DNA of 62,814 nucleotides, counting the filler, from Collodictyon triciliatum (taxonomy: Eukaryota), in the NCBI GenBank assembly GCA_043381765.1. It is 6 parts of 6 records of this genome, joined end to end, with 100 filler letters (N's around TTAATTAATTAA, not from the genome) between each part and the next. Parts side by side here need not be neighbours in the genome. Positions count along the whole stretch, not along the records: positions 38,816 to 51,615 come from JBHJMP010002097.1; positions 51,716 to 55,488 come from JBHJMP010002171.1; positions 55,589 to 62,814 come from JBHJMP010002175.1; 3 more parts are not named here. One strand, written 5' to 3'. A program made the position numbers and the translations under genes. The notes under the pieces are model-generated. The model worked only from the letters and a program-made list of their open reading frames with translations. It ran no database searches and was not told the DNA's origin. Shown in pieces: positions 46,919 through 62,639 of the stretch; within the stretch, counting starts at the first letter, position 1; every line of letters begins with the position of its first letter.

Positions 46919-49900
46919 TCAAAGGGTTGGTTGAGGCTGTATTGGCTCAGAATTATCCGCTAATATAATCGTCGCATCGCCGGCTGGGGTTTCGACGACC
47001 ATATCCTTTGGAGCAGATGTATTCTGTAGATTAGGTTTGGTAAATTCATTTGTATTATAAAACACAAAGATGGCGTTGATTAAATTGAGAGATGATGTGG
47101 GTTTCACATGGATATATCAAAAGTGAGTAAAATGTTAATTTCTAATAAAAGTAACGTTACATACTGGGGCGATTATCCTCAAACTTTCCTCTGCATCACA
47201 GACAACTAAAAGCAAATAAAGAGAATTATGACCAACGATTCCTTTAATTAGTTAAGGGGAAAGTGAAATATTGCTCTGCATTTTTTTTTTTATTAAAAAA
47301 ACAATTCATAATCCCTTTTCTATAAATTCAAAATGCACCATCAAAGGCAAAAAACTATTGAATTTAATTTGACTCTAAAAATATTTTGAATCGAACAAAG
47401 GAAAAAAATTGACTCTCGAATTAAAGAATACTGATTTACACATACAAATTATGTAGAAAGACGATAAGGACTCTATTAATTTATTTTTTTTGGAAAACTA
47501 AACAGATGAATGAGTATGAAACCTTTTTGTAGTTGGCCACTGATATGCGAAAACGCGGAAGAGCATTTTGGGCACCTTAGAAGAGTCTGGTTGTTGGCAT
47601 GACAGGAAATAATTGTACCACATTCCAAACATTCTACATGTGTTTGAGACTTTTTGCATAATTCACATGTGATTGGTATTCCAGACACGTATTTGACCAT
47701 TGTACACGATTCACATCCGGTACAAACATAAACGATGTTAATTTGATCGCAATTTGGGCACGTATGTAAGGGTGCATCATTCAAAGTGATTTGAACAGGT
47801 TGAAGACACCCTGAGCATATCGAGAGAAGATGTTGTGTTTTGCAAGTGCAGCATTCTATTTTGCCTTGGCAGGCTGGAGAGATTACGGTGTAATCGGAAC
47901 ATTTTGTGCAAGCGACATATGCACATGACTGGAGACACAAGAAGCAGAGAAATGTCTTCTTTGGTGTAGAAACAGGGACGATATTGGTTTGAAAGCACTC
48001 TTTGCATTTTCCAAAGTAATTCACTTTGTGACACCTGCGACAAACGCAACTCCAGCTCCCTTCCTCCAGTATCAATATTTCGGTGCGACAATGTAAACAG
48101 GTATGGTTCAATTGAACTTGCCTGCAGGTTTCGCAGACATTATCAGCCATTTCCTTGCCTGCGCGATATTTTCAGGTCAAATGGTGTGGTTAGGTCACGC
48201 TGTCATGATATTTTGGCTCTGTTCCGACAGGATATTCACCCACTCAGATTAATTTCAGAATTTAAAATAAGAATAGGGAATGAAAATATGAATTTAAAAT
48301 ACGAATTAAATAAAGAAACACGAAGACTTGATTGCAGACCGTACCTTCAAACATATCGTTGCAAATCGCACATGTTTTCAGCTGCTCCTAAAAGAAAATC
48401 TTAAGTATAGCGATTTAACCTTTTTGAATTAAATAAAGAAAAAAAAAGGGCACTCTTTCATTTTGAAGACTAGGAAAAAGGGGCACCTTTTTAAAGGAAC
48501 ATCTGACACAAATGAAATAATAAGAAAATATGCAACCTCTGATGGAGTGACATCGAAAACGTTTCGAGGGTAAAATGGTGGTGGACGAGCAGAAGGTTTT
48601 CCAATCATGGCAGTTTGCGCAAGGGATAGTACACCAGGCGATTCATCTCGATAATTACCTTGGAATGGTTCTACATTTGAATCCACAGCGCTCGTATATG
48701 AGAGCCTGGAAGGTAATTGCTTCTGCCTTTTTGATGTGGAGGAGTCGGAATACACATGAAAAGTGATGCTTGAGCTCTGCTCAATTACTTGTGAGTTTCG
48801 AACAGTTGCCATCTGATGTGACTTCCGAGATAGTTTTTTGGTTGCAAACTCGGTTTCCTCTGACTTGTTTCGTTTCCTTTGTGTGCCACATAGCAATGAG
48901 GTATTGCTTCTGTAGAAAACTCCTTTAGACAAGCCTTTCGATTGGAAAGCGTGAATATCATTTCTATACATAACAAGTAGTTCTTTGGTTTCTGGGTGGG
49001 GATTCATATCCATAATTGACTGCATGAGATTGAGAAAGCGTTCATAATCTGCAGGTGAGCAATAAATAGAAAAGGGATTCATGAGTCCAAATATAATTTT
49101 GTCTATGTTCTCTTTGATGCGGGTATGAGCTGGAACATCCCATTCTGCACAGCTATCGAATACATCAAGAGCAAACATAGACTGCAGTTGTCTGAAATGC
49201 GATTTAAAAATATTTGGATTGAAAATATCTGTTTTTGAACCTATAGTCAAATAATTACTTAGGAAGGATATTACAAATATGTGCAAATATGTTCATATAA
49301 AAAGAAAGAAATTTTTTTATTTCTAATGTATTGCATAATTATATTGCATTAAAAATTAACCTGTGAGAACTCTATCTTTTATATCTTCGAAAAGTTGGGC
49401 TGAAGATTTCGATTTCAAAGATATGGCTGTATTTACAAAACTTGTGCAGGACAAATTCTGTTGGAATATATTCGAATCTATTGGGAATAAATTCAAAAGT
49501 GTAGAGCGAACCAAAAATTGAAGCTCTCCTTTTGTCATTCGAGAAAATAAGTCATTCTCTGATGCTCGAGGGCACTTATCCTGATCAACTTCCGGTGAGT
49601 CGTCTCGAGAATAGATAGTGATAATCGGAAGTCCACACAAGAAAGGGTATAAAAGCACAGATTCGTGCGTGTTTTCCATAGCAAATCGATAGAGGTTGGT
49701 TGAAGGGTTCAAAATTAAGCAGAGCTTTTCTTCAAAAGCCGGTGTCCAATTTGTATCGTACACAATAGCATTTATCGTAGGAAGAGTCACATAGATTGGA
49801 GCATCGATAGAGCTTACCAAGACGATTTCACCTTTCCTTGGACTTTCCATTAGCTCGATACGATTCTGTATCTGAAGATAATCACTAGCGGCATCCAAAA

Positions 49901-51486
49901 CCACAACTTGGCGATTAGAGACTGCGATTTGTGATGCAATAATGGGGAGTAGTTTATCATCAGATGTAAAAATTACTGTTGCCAGCTGGTTTGAATCCAA
50001 ACTTTCAAGCAAAGATATTAAGACGGTAATTTTGGAGCACATATTTCCAGAGGATAGTGGCTTCATCCATTCAATAGATAACAGTTCACGATGTAAAAGT
50101 TCTACGTTTTGTAACAAAAACGGATGATTCACAACTTTTTGAGTTAGTCGGATGAATCGAATCAGAAGTTCTCGTGAAGGTTCATTCTGACAAAAATTTG
50201 AAGCGCATGAGAAATATATGGAGCGCATTAATGCTTTCTGAAAATTTGTTAAAGGGACTAGTATCAAATATTCGTTTTCTAAACTCATGACTACCGTTCG
50301 GTTGGATAAAAAGCGTGATACAGTATCAGGCCTAATAAGTGACTCTAAAATGTCTTGATGATGTGAGGTGTGAACAGAGGAAAGCCGATTTCTTAAAGAA
50401 ACATGATTTTGAGGTGTATCGCAGTTAAGGAAGGAATACTGTTTCCATAAATCCACATAAGAAAATTTCTCTTGTAAGGGAAATGTGAGAAGGCGAACTC
50501 TCGAGTCGAGCCTGGACATATTTCTCAAAAAATCAGACCCTTCTTCATCTTCACTAATTCCATTCATGCCAACAAGAACTAGAACCAACCATGTTAGTTG
50601 GCTAAGATGATTGTAGTCCCGCACAAATATTTCATAGGTGGTGAGCAGAATATTGAATTTAGGTCGCATAGTTTGTTGTGGTAGCTCCATAATCAAATCG
50701 TTAGCCCGAATAAACGAGCGTTCGGTCTCTGGCCCAACATACTCAACAGCGTACCATTCTGGAATCCTGTGAACTAGTGCAGACCATTGAGCTATAGTTG
50801 AGGGAGAATCTGACGGGCATATAATTATTGAAGGGAGGTCTGAATAGGATGCCTTTGATGCTTGGTGAATAAAGGTGACCAACTAATATATTGTATTCGC
50901 ATTTTACAGTTTAGATTTGATACATGTTTTTTAAATATAAATACGGATACGGTATGCATAGTTATGTCGCTAATTTCGGTATTACAGAAAAAGCCAGCCT
51001 TAACTTATAAACTTTTATACTCACTGTTTCTTCGGGATGCAAATTTTTGTCATCGAAATATATCGTGGGCCTGAATTGATTTAAAGACTCGTATAATTTG
51101 ACATGAGCTGCCAGCTGATATATGTTCAGGCTTGAACTAGATGGGTGTATCGATTCACAGAAAAGGTTTTGATTTGGATGCAAGCGTTGTCTCTGACTTG
51201 GGTCTAAGTTGGGGTACTTTCTCCTTATGAATGCTTCCAACTAGAGGAATGGTCGAAGGGTAAAAAATCAATATATAAATTCTTTAAATATAATTCTTTA
51301 TACTGGAAAAAAATGAAAGTCTTATAAAAAAAGCCAAAAAAATGAAGACGACCTTAGTCTTCTCTTGTGATATCCAAATATCATGTTCCCACGATGATTC
51401 GATATAAGGGAGACTATTCCACTTCACAAGGTAAATATTTCGAAATGTCTGTGGACATCGCTTACATTGAAGTATTCTATCGACCT
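46919..51486 (-). CDS. CHD-like chromodomain + degenerate SNF2 ATPase + tandem CxxC zinc fingers, 5'-partial
   Basis: Chromodomain VDRIL..YLVKWNSLPYIESSWE. SNF2 motifs KFNILLTTYEI, LVPLTNFQK, LTQKVVNHPFL and SKITVLISLL. In-frame phase-1 splice MFEG/KEMADNVCETC leads into the Cys-rich exon. Confidence 0.75.
47377..47408 (+). mobile_element. 32-bp poly(A)-tailed retro-insertion in an intron of the CHD-like gene
   Basis: ...TTTTGAATCGAACAAAGGAAAAAAA lies between TTGACTCT repeats (47369-47376, 47409-47416). Confidence 0.55.
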
Positions 51487-51615
51487 AGTAATGAATAAAA
51501 CTGATAAATACAATAAAATACCAAAAATACCAAAAATACCAAAAATACCAAAAATACCAAAAATACCAAAAATACCAAAAATACCAAAAATACCAAAAAT
51601 ACCAAAAATACCAAA

Positions 51616-51715
51616 NNNNNNNNNNNNNNNNNNNNNNNNNNNNNNNNNNNNNNNNNNNNTTAATTAATTAANNNNNNNNNNNNNNNNNNNNNNNNNNNNN
51701 NNNNNNNNNNNNNNN
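51616..51715. other. Artificial contig-joining linker
   Basis: N-TTAATTAATTAA-N. Confidence 0.97.
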
Positions 51716-51882
51716 CATAAATAACAACATAAACAACAACATAAACAACAACATAAACAACATAANNNNNNNNNNNNNNNNNNNNNNNNNNATAAACAAC
51801 ATAAACAACATAAACAACATAAACAACATAAACAACATAAACAACAACAACAACAAAAAAAAAAAAAAAAAAAAAAAAAAAA

Positions 51883-51947
<65 letters not shown>

Positions 51948-52369
51948 GGATTGCGAGATCTCGCTGGCGATCACAATTGCAATGCGGTTAGGTGCTTTTG
52001 AAAAGAGTTGACAAAACGTTTGCCGTTCCGTCAATTTACTTTGTCTCCATCAAGACCCAACAGTCTCGTGCTTCGACCACGGTATCGAAAAGGATACTGA
52101 GGAGGAAAGTAGAACTGGAAAATCATCACATTTTCAATAAAAGTCCCGAATGTTTTGAGCCGGTATAATAAAGGACGCGAAGATCCCAAGCCGTGGCGTT
52201 CAAGACATCGGTTTCCAAACGCGATCGAAAAAACATAACGATCTACAAAAATGAAAAAAAAAACACACACATTCGAAAGAGTCGCGCATAGGAAAGGCCT
52301 CTGGAACATACTTTTATCTATGAGATACCGTACTATTTCATATGGAAATGATTATCAAATATCGATTTA

Positions 52370-52490
52370 CTGGAAGGGTTTACAATCTTTTGATTGGTAA
52401 ACTTGGTCCACTAGTATCCAAGGTCTCACCACTTTTTTCAAAAAGAACGTGTAGTGGTGAAGGCTGCCAGGAAGGACCTGACAGCCTATT
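52370..52490 (-). ncRNA. Candidate Fanzor omegaRNA scaffold, copy B
   Basis: Stems at 52461-52487 (11 bp), 52426-52433/52453-52460 (8 bp), 52402-52422 (5 bp) and 52378-52402 (10 bp plus a bulge). Confidence 0.62.
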
Positions 52491-54527
52491 TTTAAAAGAG
52501 AGGTGTATGCTTTTTTTTGAAGGATTAAAATAACTTTCATGAATTTTTAGCGCTGTTGAAGCCCCTTGTCAAGAATACACACTTTGTTTGCTTTCTGAGC
52601 GATTGCATTCTTTAAATACGAGGCATCTATACAACTTTTTTTTTGATTTTCCTTTCGGTTTCATACATTCCAGTTCTTTTTCGCAGTTGCAGCACATCTT
52701 GATGTTCAAAATTCATCTACACTAACTGTTTCAAAACGTTTGGATAGTATTTTCGTAATCCTCTTCCAATTGTTGGCATAAAATGTCTCATCGGAGATTT
52801 TCTACTCCAGTCTCCATACGCCAGTACAACATTCTTGCCGAATGTCTTTTCGATTCGTTCCATAAACAATCCTTCACTTCTTTTTGTATTAACATACTGC
52901 CTCCATACCATCTTTCGAAAAGTCATCATGTCCATAAAATCTGGATAATTCTATCTGGTATCCTGATTCCATAGATACATACTCTCAAAATTGTTCATAA
53001 TCAACCGTGCATGAATTACGTTTACTCAATTCTGTCTCTAAATCGATTAAAGATACTTTTAATATCTTGAACTGCTGATTCTCTTCAAAAGTCTTGTGAC
53101 CAAAAGAAACAGCACTTTGTAAACCTGTTGCTATGCATATTCCTGAATCATTGTACTTTTTCTTCCTGCGCAAGTGTATTTTGTGTTTTTTAAGAGATTT
53201 GCTATCATGTCTTCTTTGGTGTGCCGTGTAACGTAATTTCTTACCTGTCTCATCCGCTATGTATACCAAATTAAACTTGCCTGCATCCACTCAAACTAAT
53301 TTTTTGTCGGTAATAAAGATAACTGTTCTTCGGAAGGTTCATCTATATGAACATATTTTGATTTTTTTTGTTTATATTTGGATTTTGAATTTGAAATACC
53401 TTTCTTTTCAAACAATAATGACACCGCCTAGCCGTCTGTTTGTATCATGTATTTAAAATTGTAGTCTCTTTGATGAAAGACCCTCTTCTTCATTTCAAAG
53501 AACTCATCCCATAGGGTCTCTTTGCATCCTGATGTATTCTTCAGTAATTTTTTTTCAGTTAATACTTATATATATCAAACATGCAGTATCTATGGTAATA
53601 TGATATGGTATATTGTTAGTTCTTACAGAGATTGGTTGAAGCAGTTTGGCTCCAATGTCCTCAAAATGCGATTCATGTAAATCAGACATGGAATGGACTT
53701 ATTTGGATTGACTTTGACGTCATATTCGATACCATTTACAATATCGCTGGTAATGATATGATGCAAATGTATTTTAGCCCATTCTTTTTATTGTTCTGGT
53801 ATGTCGATTTTCCTGAAGATTTTTTTTTTAACTTTTGTAACTCTGCCTTTTTAACAGCTTCCGTAATATTCTCATCTTTAGGAACTCGCTATCACTGATT
53901 TCTTTCCAGTGCTAGCCTCTCCAGGGTAGTGTCTTCTCCTACTCGCGTTTGCTCTCTCCCATGCGCTCTCATCCCGCCCCTTTGTATGGCATTACCTCGC
54001 TACACTTTGAACCGAATAAAGGAAAAAAATTCTCATCTTTAGGAACTGTTTGATTTATAAAGCGCAGTAACCTCTATACAAAATGTTCCATATGGTTATT
54101 ATGATAAGCTGCTAACATTTGCTTCGCCGAGTACGGTAATACATGAGACAGTCCAGCCAACAGAAACCGTTCTTCTCAGGACAAAATGAATCGAAAATGA
54201 TTGAGATAAAAAGTCATCATTTCTTCTCTCATATTTGGATGTTTTAAAAATGTGGGTCTATCTTGCGTAACTACTCCGACTGTCTTGAAAGCGTACAAAA
54301 AAAAAAAAACGTGTCATCGATTGTTGGGAGTTGTTGTGATTTCAATATGTAACATCTTGCAAACAGATAAGTGTCGGTGACCAAATTATGACACAATAAA
54401 ACCGTATCGTTGATTTTATCATAGTCATCCAGATTCTTTACAATCGACTTTTGAGATGATTTCACATTTCGATGGTCTGGTTTTACAGACTTTAGATTCT
54501 CAGACTCGACGTTTTCTTTTCTTCATC
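52490..54527 (-). pseudogene. Fanzor (TnpB-like RuvC nuclease), frameshifted and interrupted by a retro-insertion; 3' end approximate
   Basis: VDAGKFNLVYIADETGKKLRYT, VVLAYGDWSRKSPMRHFMPTIGRGLRK, VSVDEF, MCCNC, TRGFNSAKN. Confidence 0.88.
53887..54029 (+). mobile_element. 143-bp poly(A)-tailed retro-insertion (truncated non-LTR/SINE-like 3' end) with 18-bp TSD
   Basis: Absent from copy A. Flanked by TTCTCATCTTTAGGAACT (53869-53886, 54030-54047) and ends TTTGAACCGAATAAAGGAAAAAAA. Confidence 0.88.
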
Positions 54528-55232
54528 TGAAAGTCTTTGATTTTCTTTTTCCTTTAGAAAACTACCGAGTCTTCAATTTTTATAAAACTTTAGTCAATCA
54601 GTCATAGTCCATTTAATAAAAAAAAAAAAAAACTGCACAAAATCAATTTAGGTCAAATTAAACATCTACCGAGATTTCCAAAATGTGCGTATTGTGGCAA
54701 ACAAACACAAAGTTTTTTTTATAAGTGATTTGAGACGAAACGTTGAGAGCCGACTCGACGAGTTCGAAAGGACGGCCGTATAGCCATTGTGGCTGAAAGT
54801 CAACATACCGGTACCAAACAACATGATTGCTGCCGCAAGTGTGGATAGTATGCTTTTTTTGAAATGCGTGTTTGGTGACAGGTTTACAGGGTGGGTTCTG
54901 TCTCGACCAACGCAAGGGCTTATTTGTAATTTTTGAGTTTTATCGATTTTTTTTTATTCTTCCTGTCAATTTTGCGCAGAATGGCGGAGGTTTCATATAT
55001 TCGGTTTCATTTCAGTTTATTTGACATGTGGGGTGGCGGAGATTTTTGGTGTGCCACTGGTAACTTCACAAAATATTGGTTTCGTGGTAAAATGTGCTGA
55101 TTAAATACGGGTATTCTTTTTTGGAGAAGGGGAACAAGAAAACATGCCTCCTGATGAATACGCCGAATGTACACCACGTGATGCAATTAAAATGAAATAT
55201 ATACTATAAACCCAAATAATTAAACACATCCA

Positions 55233-55488
55233 TAGAATCATACATTCAAGCACAGGGAATAGAATCATACATTCAAGCACAGGGAATAGAATCATACATT
55301 CAAGCACAGGGAATAGAATCATACATTCAAGCACAGGGAATAGAATCATACATTCAAGCACAGGGAATAGAATCAAAATTCAAGCACAGGGAATAGAATC
55401 AAAATTCAAGCACAGGGAATAGAATCATACATTCAAGCACAGGGAATAGAATCATACATTCAAGCACAAGGAATAGAATCATACATTC
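55233..55488 (+). repeat. 27-bp minisatellite (AGAATCATACATTCAAGCACAGGGAAT), about 9-10 copies, running into the contig end
   Basis: Head-to-tail units, two with the variant AATCAAAATT; no spacers. Confidence 0.95.
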
Positions 55489-55588
55489 NNNNNNNNNNNN
55501 NNNNNNNNNNNNNNNNNNNNNNNNNNNNNNNNTTAATTAATTAANNNNNNNNNNNNNNNNNNNNNNNNNNNNNNNNNNNNNNNNNNNN
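55489..55588. other. Artificial contig-joining linker
   Basis: N-TTAATTAATTAA-N. Confidence 0.97.
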
Positions 55589-55676
<88 letters not shown>

Positions 55677-55735
55677 CAATAATAATAATAATCGAGAGGC
55701 TGAGTAGCTTAGAAACATTTGCGAAAACCAAACCA

Positions 55736-59661
<3,926 letters not shown>

Positions 59662-60348
59662 TGCGCAGGGGCTGTGTTGTTTGGGCAAAACACTATTTTT
59701 TTTTATATATATTTATTTTTGTCTATATGATTAAAAGGGGAAGAAGCAACAAGCAAGTGGGTTTGTCTAGTGTGGCTGAAGCGTTTGTGAGTATTTGGTT
59801 CTACTCTCTCGAGTTATTATCGATAAGAATACTCAAGTCTCTTGCTCAGGGTTGAGAAAAGTTTATTGCGATCGTTCTTTTGTACTTCTGTTCTCTTTTC
59901 CATTATTTTGTGACTATTTTTTTTGGATTCATTTGTGTGGATTGATTCTCCGGAATGGCGTGGGAATATCCTCGTGGAAAAGGAGAGAGTAAGGGAAAGG
60001 AGCGGATTATATCCGCTTTGCCGATTATTTTCGAGATACTTCCAGAATAATCAGTAGTTCAAAAATTTATAGTGACGAAACATACCCACATGCGTATTAT
60101 TTATTGTCAACAAATATAGATTTGGAAAATATTCTTGTGCCTTTTTTTTTGTTCGGATCAATCTGCCAACGATCCAATCCGCTACAGCGAACCTAGAACC
60201 CAACCCAGAAATCGCAGCCGAATCGCTGCACAACAGTGGCTTTCGGCCAGGCCTCTTCATGTAAAGATGCAAAGTTGCAGTTAAGACTCAAGATTCTATG
60301 AGCTGTTTATATTCCAGCAGCAAAGAACAAGAACCGCAGCCGAATTAA

Positions 60349-61943
60349 ATGAGCCGTCCGTTCCTTCCGTCGGAATCGCCAAGTCGTGAATCGTATGTCC
60401 GTCCGGCCGCTTCGCAAAGTCAAGCTTCGGCTTCCCGGGCAGAGAATCTGACTGCGTTTGGGGCTGATGCTGGCCAAGAGAATGATCCGAGCCTTGGTGA
60501 ACAAATCTGCATTTCTCGTTTTTTTACTCACGTGTATTTGAAACAAAAGAGATCCGCTTTTTTTTTTTTTTTACCATCTTGTCTGTGTAAAAAGATTAAT
60601 TTTTCTTTTATTAATCAAGCTTGTCTTAATGTCGCACGTAACCTTTTTGTGAGTTGATTCAAAGTCATAATTGTTACTTTAACTGCCTGTAGTGGATGGT
60701 TTTCAGATCCAGTATGAAAGAGAGGTAACCTTTTTGATGAAAACTGTTGAGACTGAGGGAGAGCCAGAGGCCATTCGAGTCAAAATACTGACGCTTGTAC
60801 GCTTGATATCTATTCATTTGTATTCAATTGGGTCACATTTACTTTGTCCTTTGACATTTGCTTGCCTTTTACTTGTTTATATAGTATCATGTCAAGTGGC
60901 ATCCTACTGTATTTTCCTCTTTCTATGTGTATCACAGAATAGCATCCTTACTAAATATCGACAAAATTGCATCAACTAGGTTGACCGGGGTCGCCTTCTG
61001 GCGGTTCGCATAGAAATCATGTGCGAAACTGATCTCTTTTTTTACTACATGAGCACAATCAATGAAGCAACTTTTAATGAAATGAAGACAAAGCAGAAGC
61101 TGGTCATTGCGTTCCCAGACTTTCCAAACATCCTCTTCAAAATGCTAAACAGTGTCATCAAAAGCCCACAAAGGTTTTTTTTATTTTATTTTGTCTATTT
61201 CGTTAAATATATTTAATATTCATTCAACTTTTTGAAATCTATCCAGAAATTTCCAAGATGCAAAGAAAAAAATAGAAAAGGCCGCCCTTACAGTGTTGAA
61301 CGTGTCTCTATCCCCACACTAACAATTGAAAACTCCACCAGCTTTCTTGCGCAGTTCATCTTTCTCGAAGACGGCTCTGCACTGCTTGAATTTCTACAGA
61401 ACATGGAATACAAGGCGAGCTACCGAAAATCAAATCACTTGCATTTATTATTATCATATTTTTCCAGAGCGAACCTTTACGCCAACAATAAATATTTACC
61501 CTTGATATACTAACTTCATCGATGACATATATAGTCAGTGGAGTTGTTGAATGTCTCATTTGTGTCTGCCTCTTCGGAGCTCATTCGCAATCAAATACAT
61601 TACAGATACAATATTCTCAAGGTAAAACATGACCTATTGATTCATCTTTTTGATTTCTTTTGATAAAACCAACAACATGTCAGGATTCCTCCCATCGCCC
61701 ATTTCCAATATTTCTATCCTCAGGGGGTTTGAGTTGCAAGTGGAAAGCATGCAATTATTATTTTTTTTTTTTTTTACCAGAGCTGAAACATTAAATTTGC
61801 TTGCTCATTAGTCACGATTAAACCTGATGCAAGGAAGACTCCAAGATGTTGGAAATATAGTGAAAGTTAAGAATCCCTCGCTTCTCCTTCAACTTTCAAA
61901 ATCTTCCACACCTGCAAATCCTCGAACCTCATCTAGAAAATAG
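60349..61943 (+). CDS. SAS6L: SAS6-like protein (SAS-6 head domain without the long coiled coil)
   Basis: Spliced: DPSL/VDG..YEREV..EAIRVKIL/..CETDLFFYY..QKLVIAFPDF../LEFLQNMEYK/SVELL..YRYNILK/SRL..VKVKNPSLLLQL. Confidence 0.88.
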
Positions 61944-62570
61944 CAAACTTAAGCTCCAAACGCATTACCACCACGCAGTGAAATATCTACACTTCTCTGA
62001 ACATTTGTTTTATTCTCCTGGCTCCGTCTTTTGTCCCTTTTTCATTTGCACTTAAAAAAATCAGCTGTCATAAAATAAATTACAAAGTGTATCAACAGGC
62101 GCTCTTTGATGCAGTTTTTCCGTAGAGTTGCTCTGTTTTTGCTTAAGCGCTTTTTTTTTTTACCTTCATCTTTTATGCTTGTCACAAGGATGCAGTCAGC
62201 GCGAATAAGTGCGTTCACAAAACATCATCCAACAACACTTTTGCAAGGGCAATATGGGCAGACAAGAACTTTGTTGTGTTGGTGCAAGTTGTGTCAATAA
62301 AAGGTCATGCCGGGTATGTAGCGAGTAGGACTCGTCACCAGGTTTGCCAGACATAATACCCAGGTGTGCTGTTGATAGAGTTTGTGTGTTCGCTCTTCAA
62401 ATAGTGCTCTTGTGAATAGCGCGATACCTGCGAGCCTGTTCACTCATTTCGATGATTCACAATGCATGCAACTAAGGATGCAGTTCAGTTAATCTTAACA
62501 TTCCATCCTATGACCTATTCTGAATGAGTTCGTCGGGATTGAAATAAAATGATTCAAGACTACCATTTAC

Positions 62571-62639
62571 CTGGTTTTCGGACAAATCCAAGTATTTAAG
62601 GCTCTTCATGTTCAGCACTGAGGGAGAGATAAGCTTCAT
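62571..62639 (-). CDS. Possible exon of a leucine-rich repeat protein
   Basis: TAG|MKLISPSVLNMKSLKYLDLSENQ|GTAAAT fits LxxLxLxxN. Other exons were not resolved. Confidence 0.4.

Larger units (their letters stand above)
52370..54946 (-). mobile_element. Non-autonomous Helitron-like element carrying Fanzor, copy B
   Basis: The minus strand begins A|TCGATAAAACTCAAAAAT and ends GTTTAC(C)AATC-AAAA-GATTGTAAAC-CCTTCCAG|T. Colinear with copy A. Confidence 0.8.

Noticed and set aside
55233-55488. CRISPR-like array next to a Cas12-related nuclease
   Set aside because: The units are contiguous with no unique spacers; it is a minisatellite.
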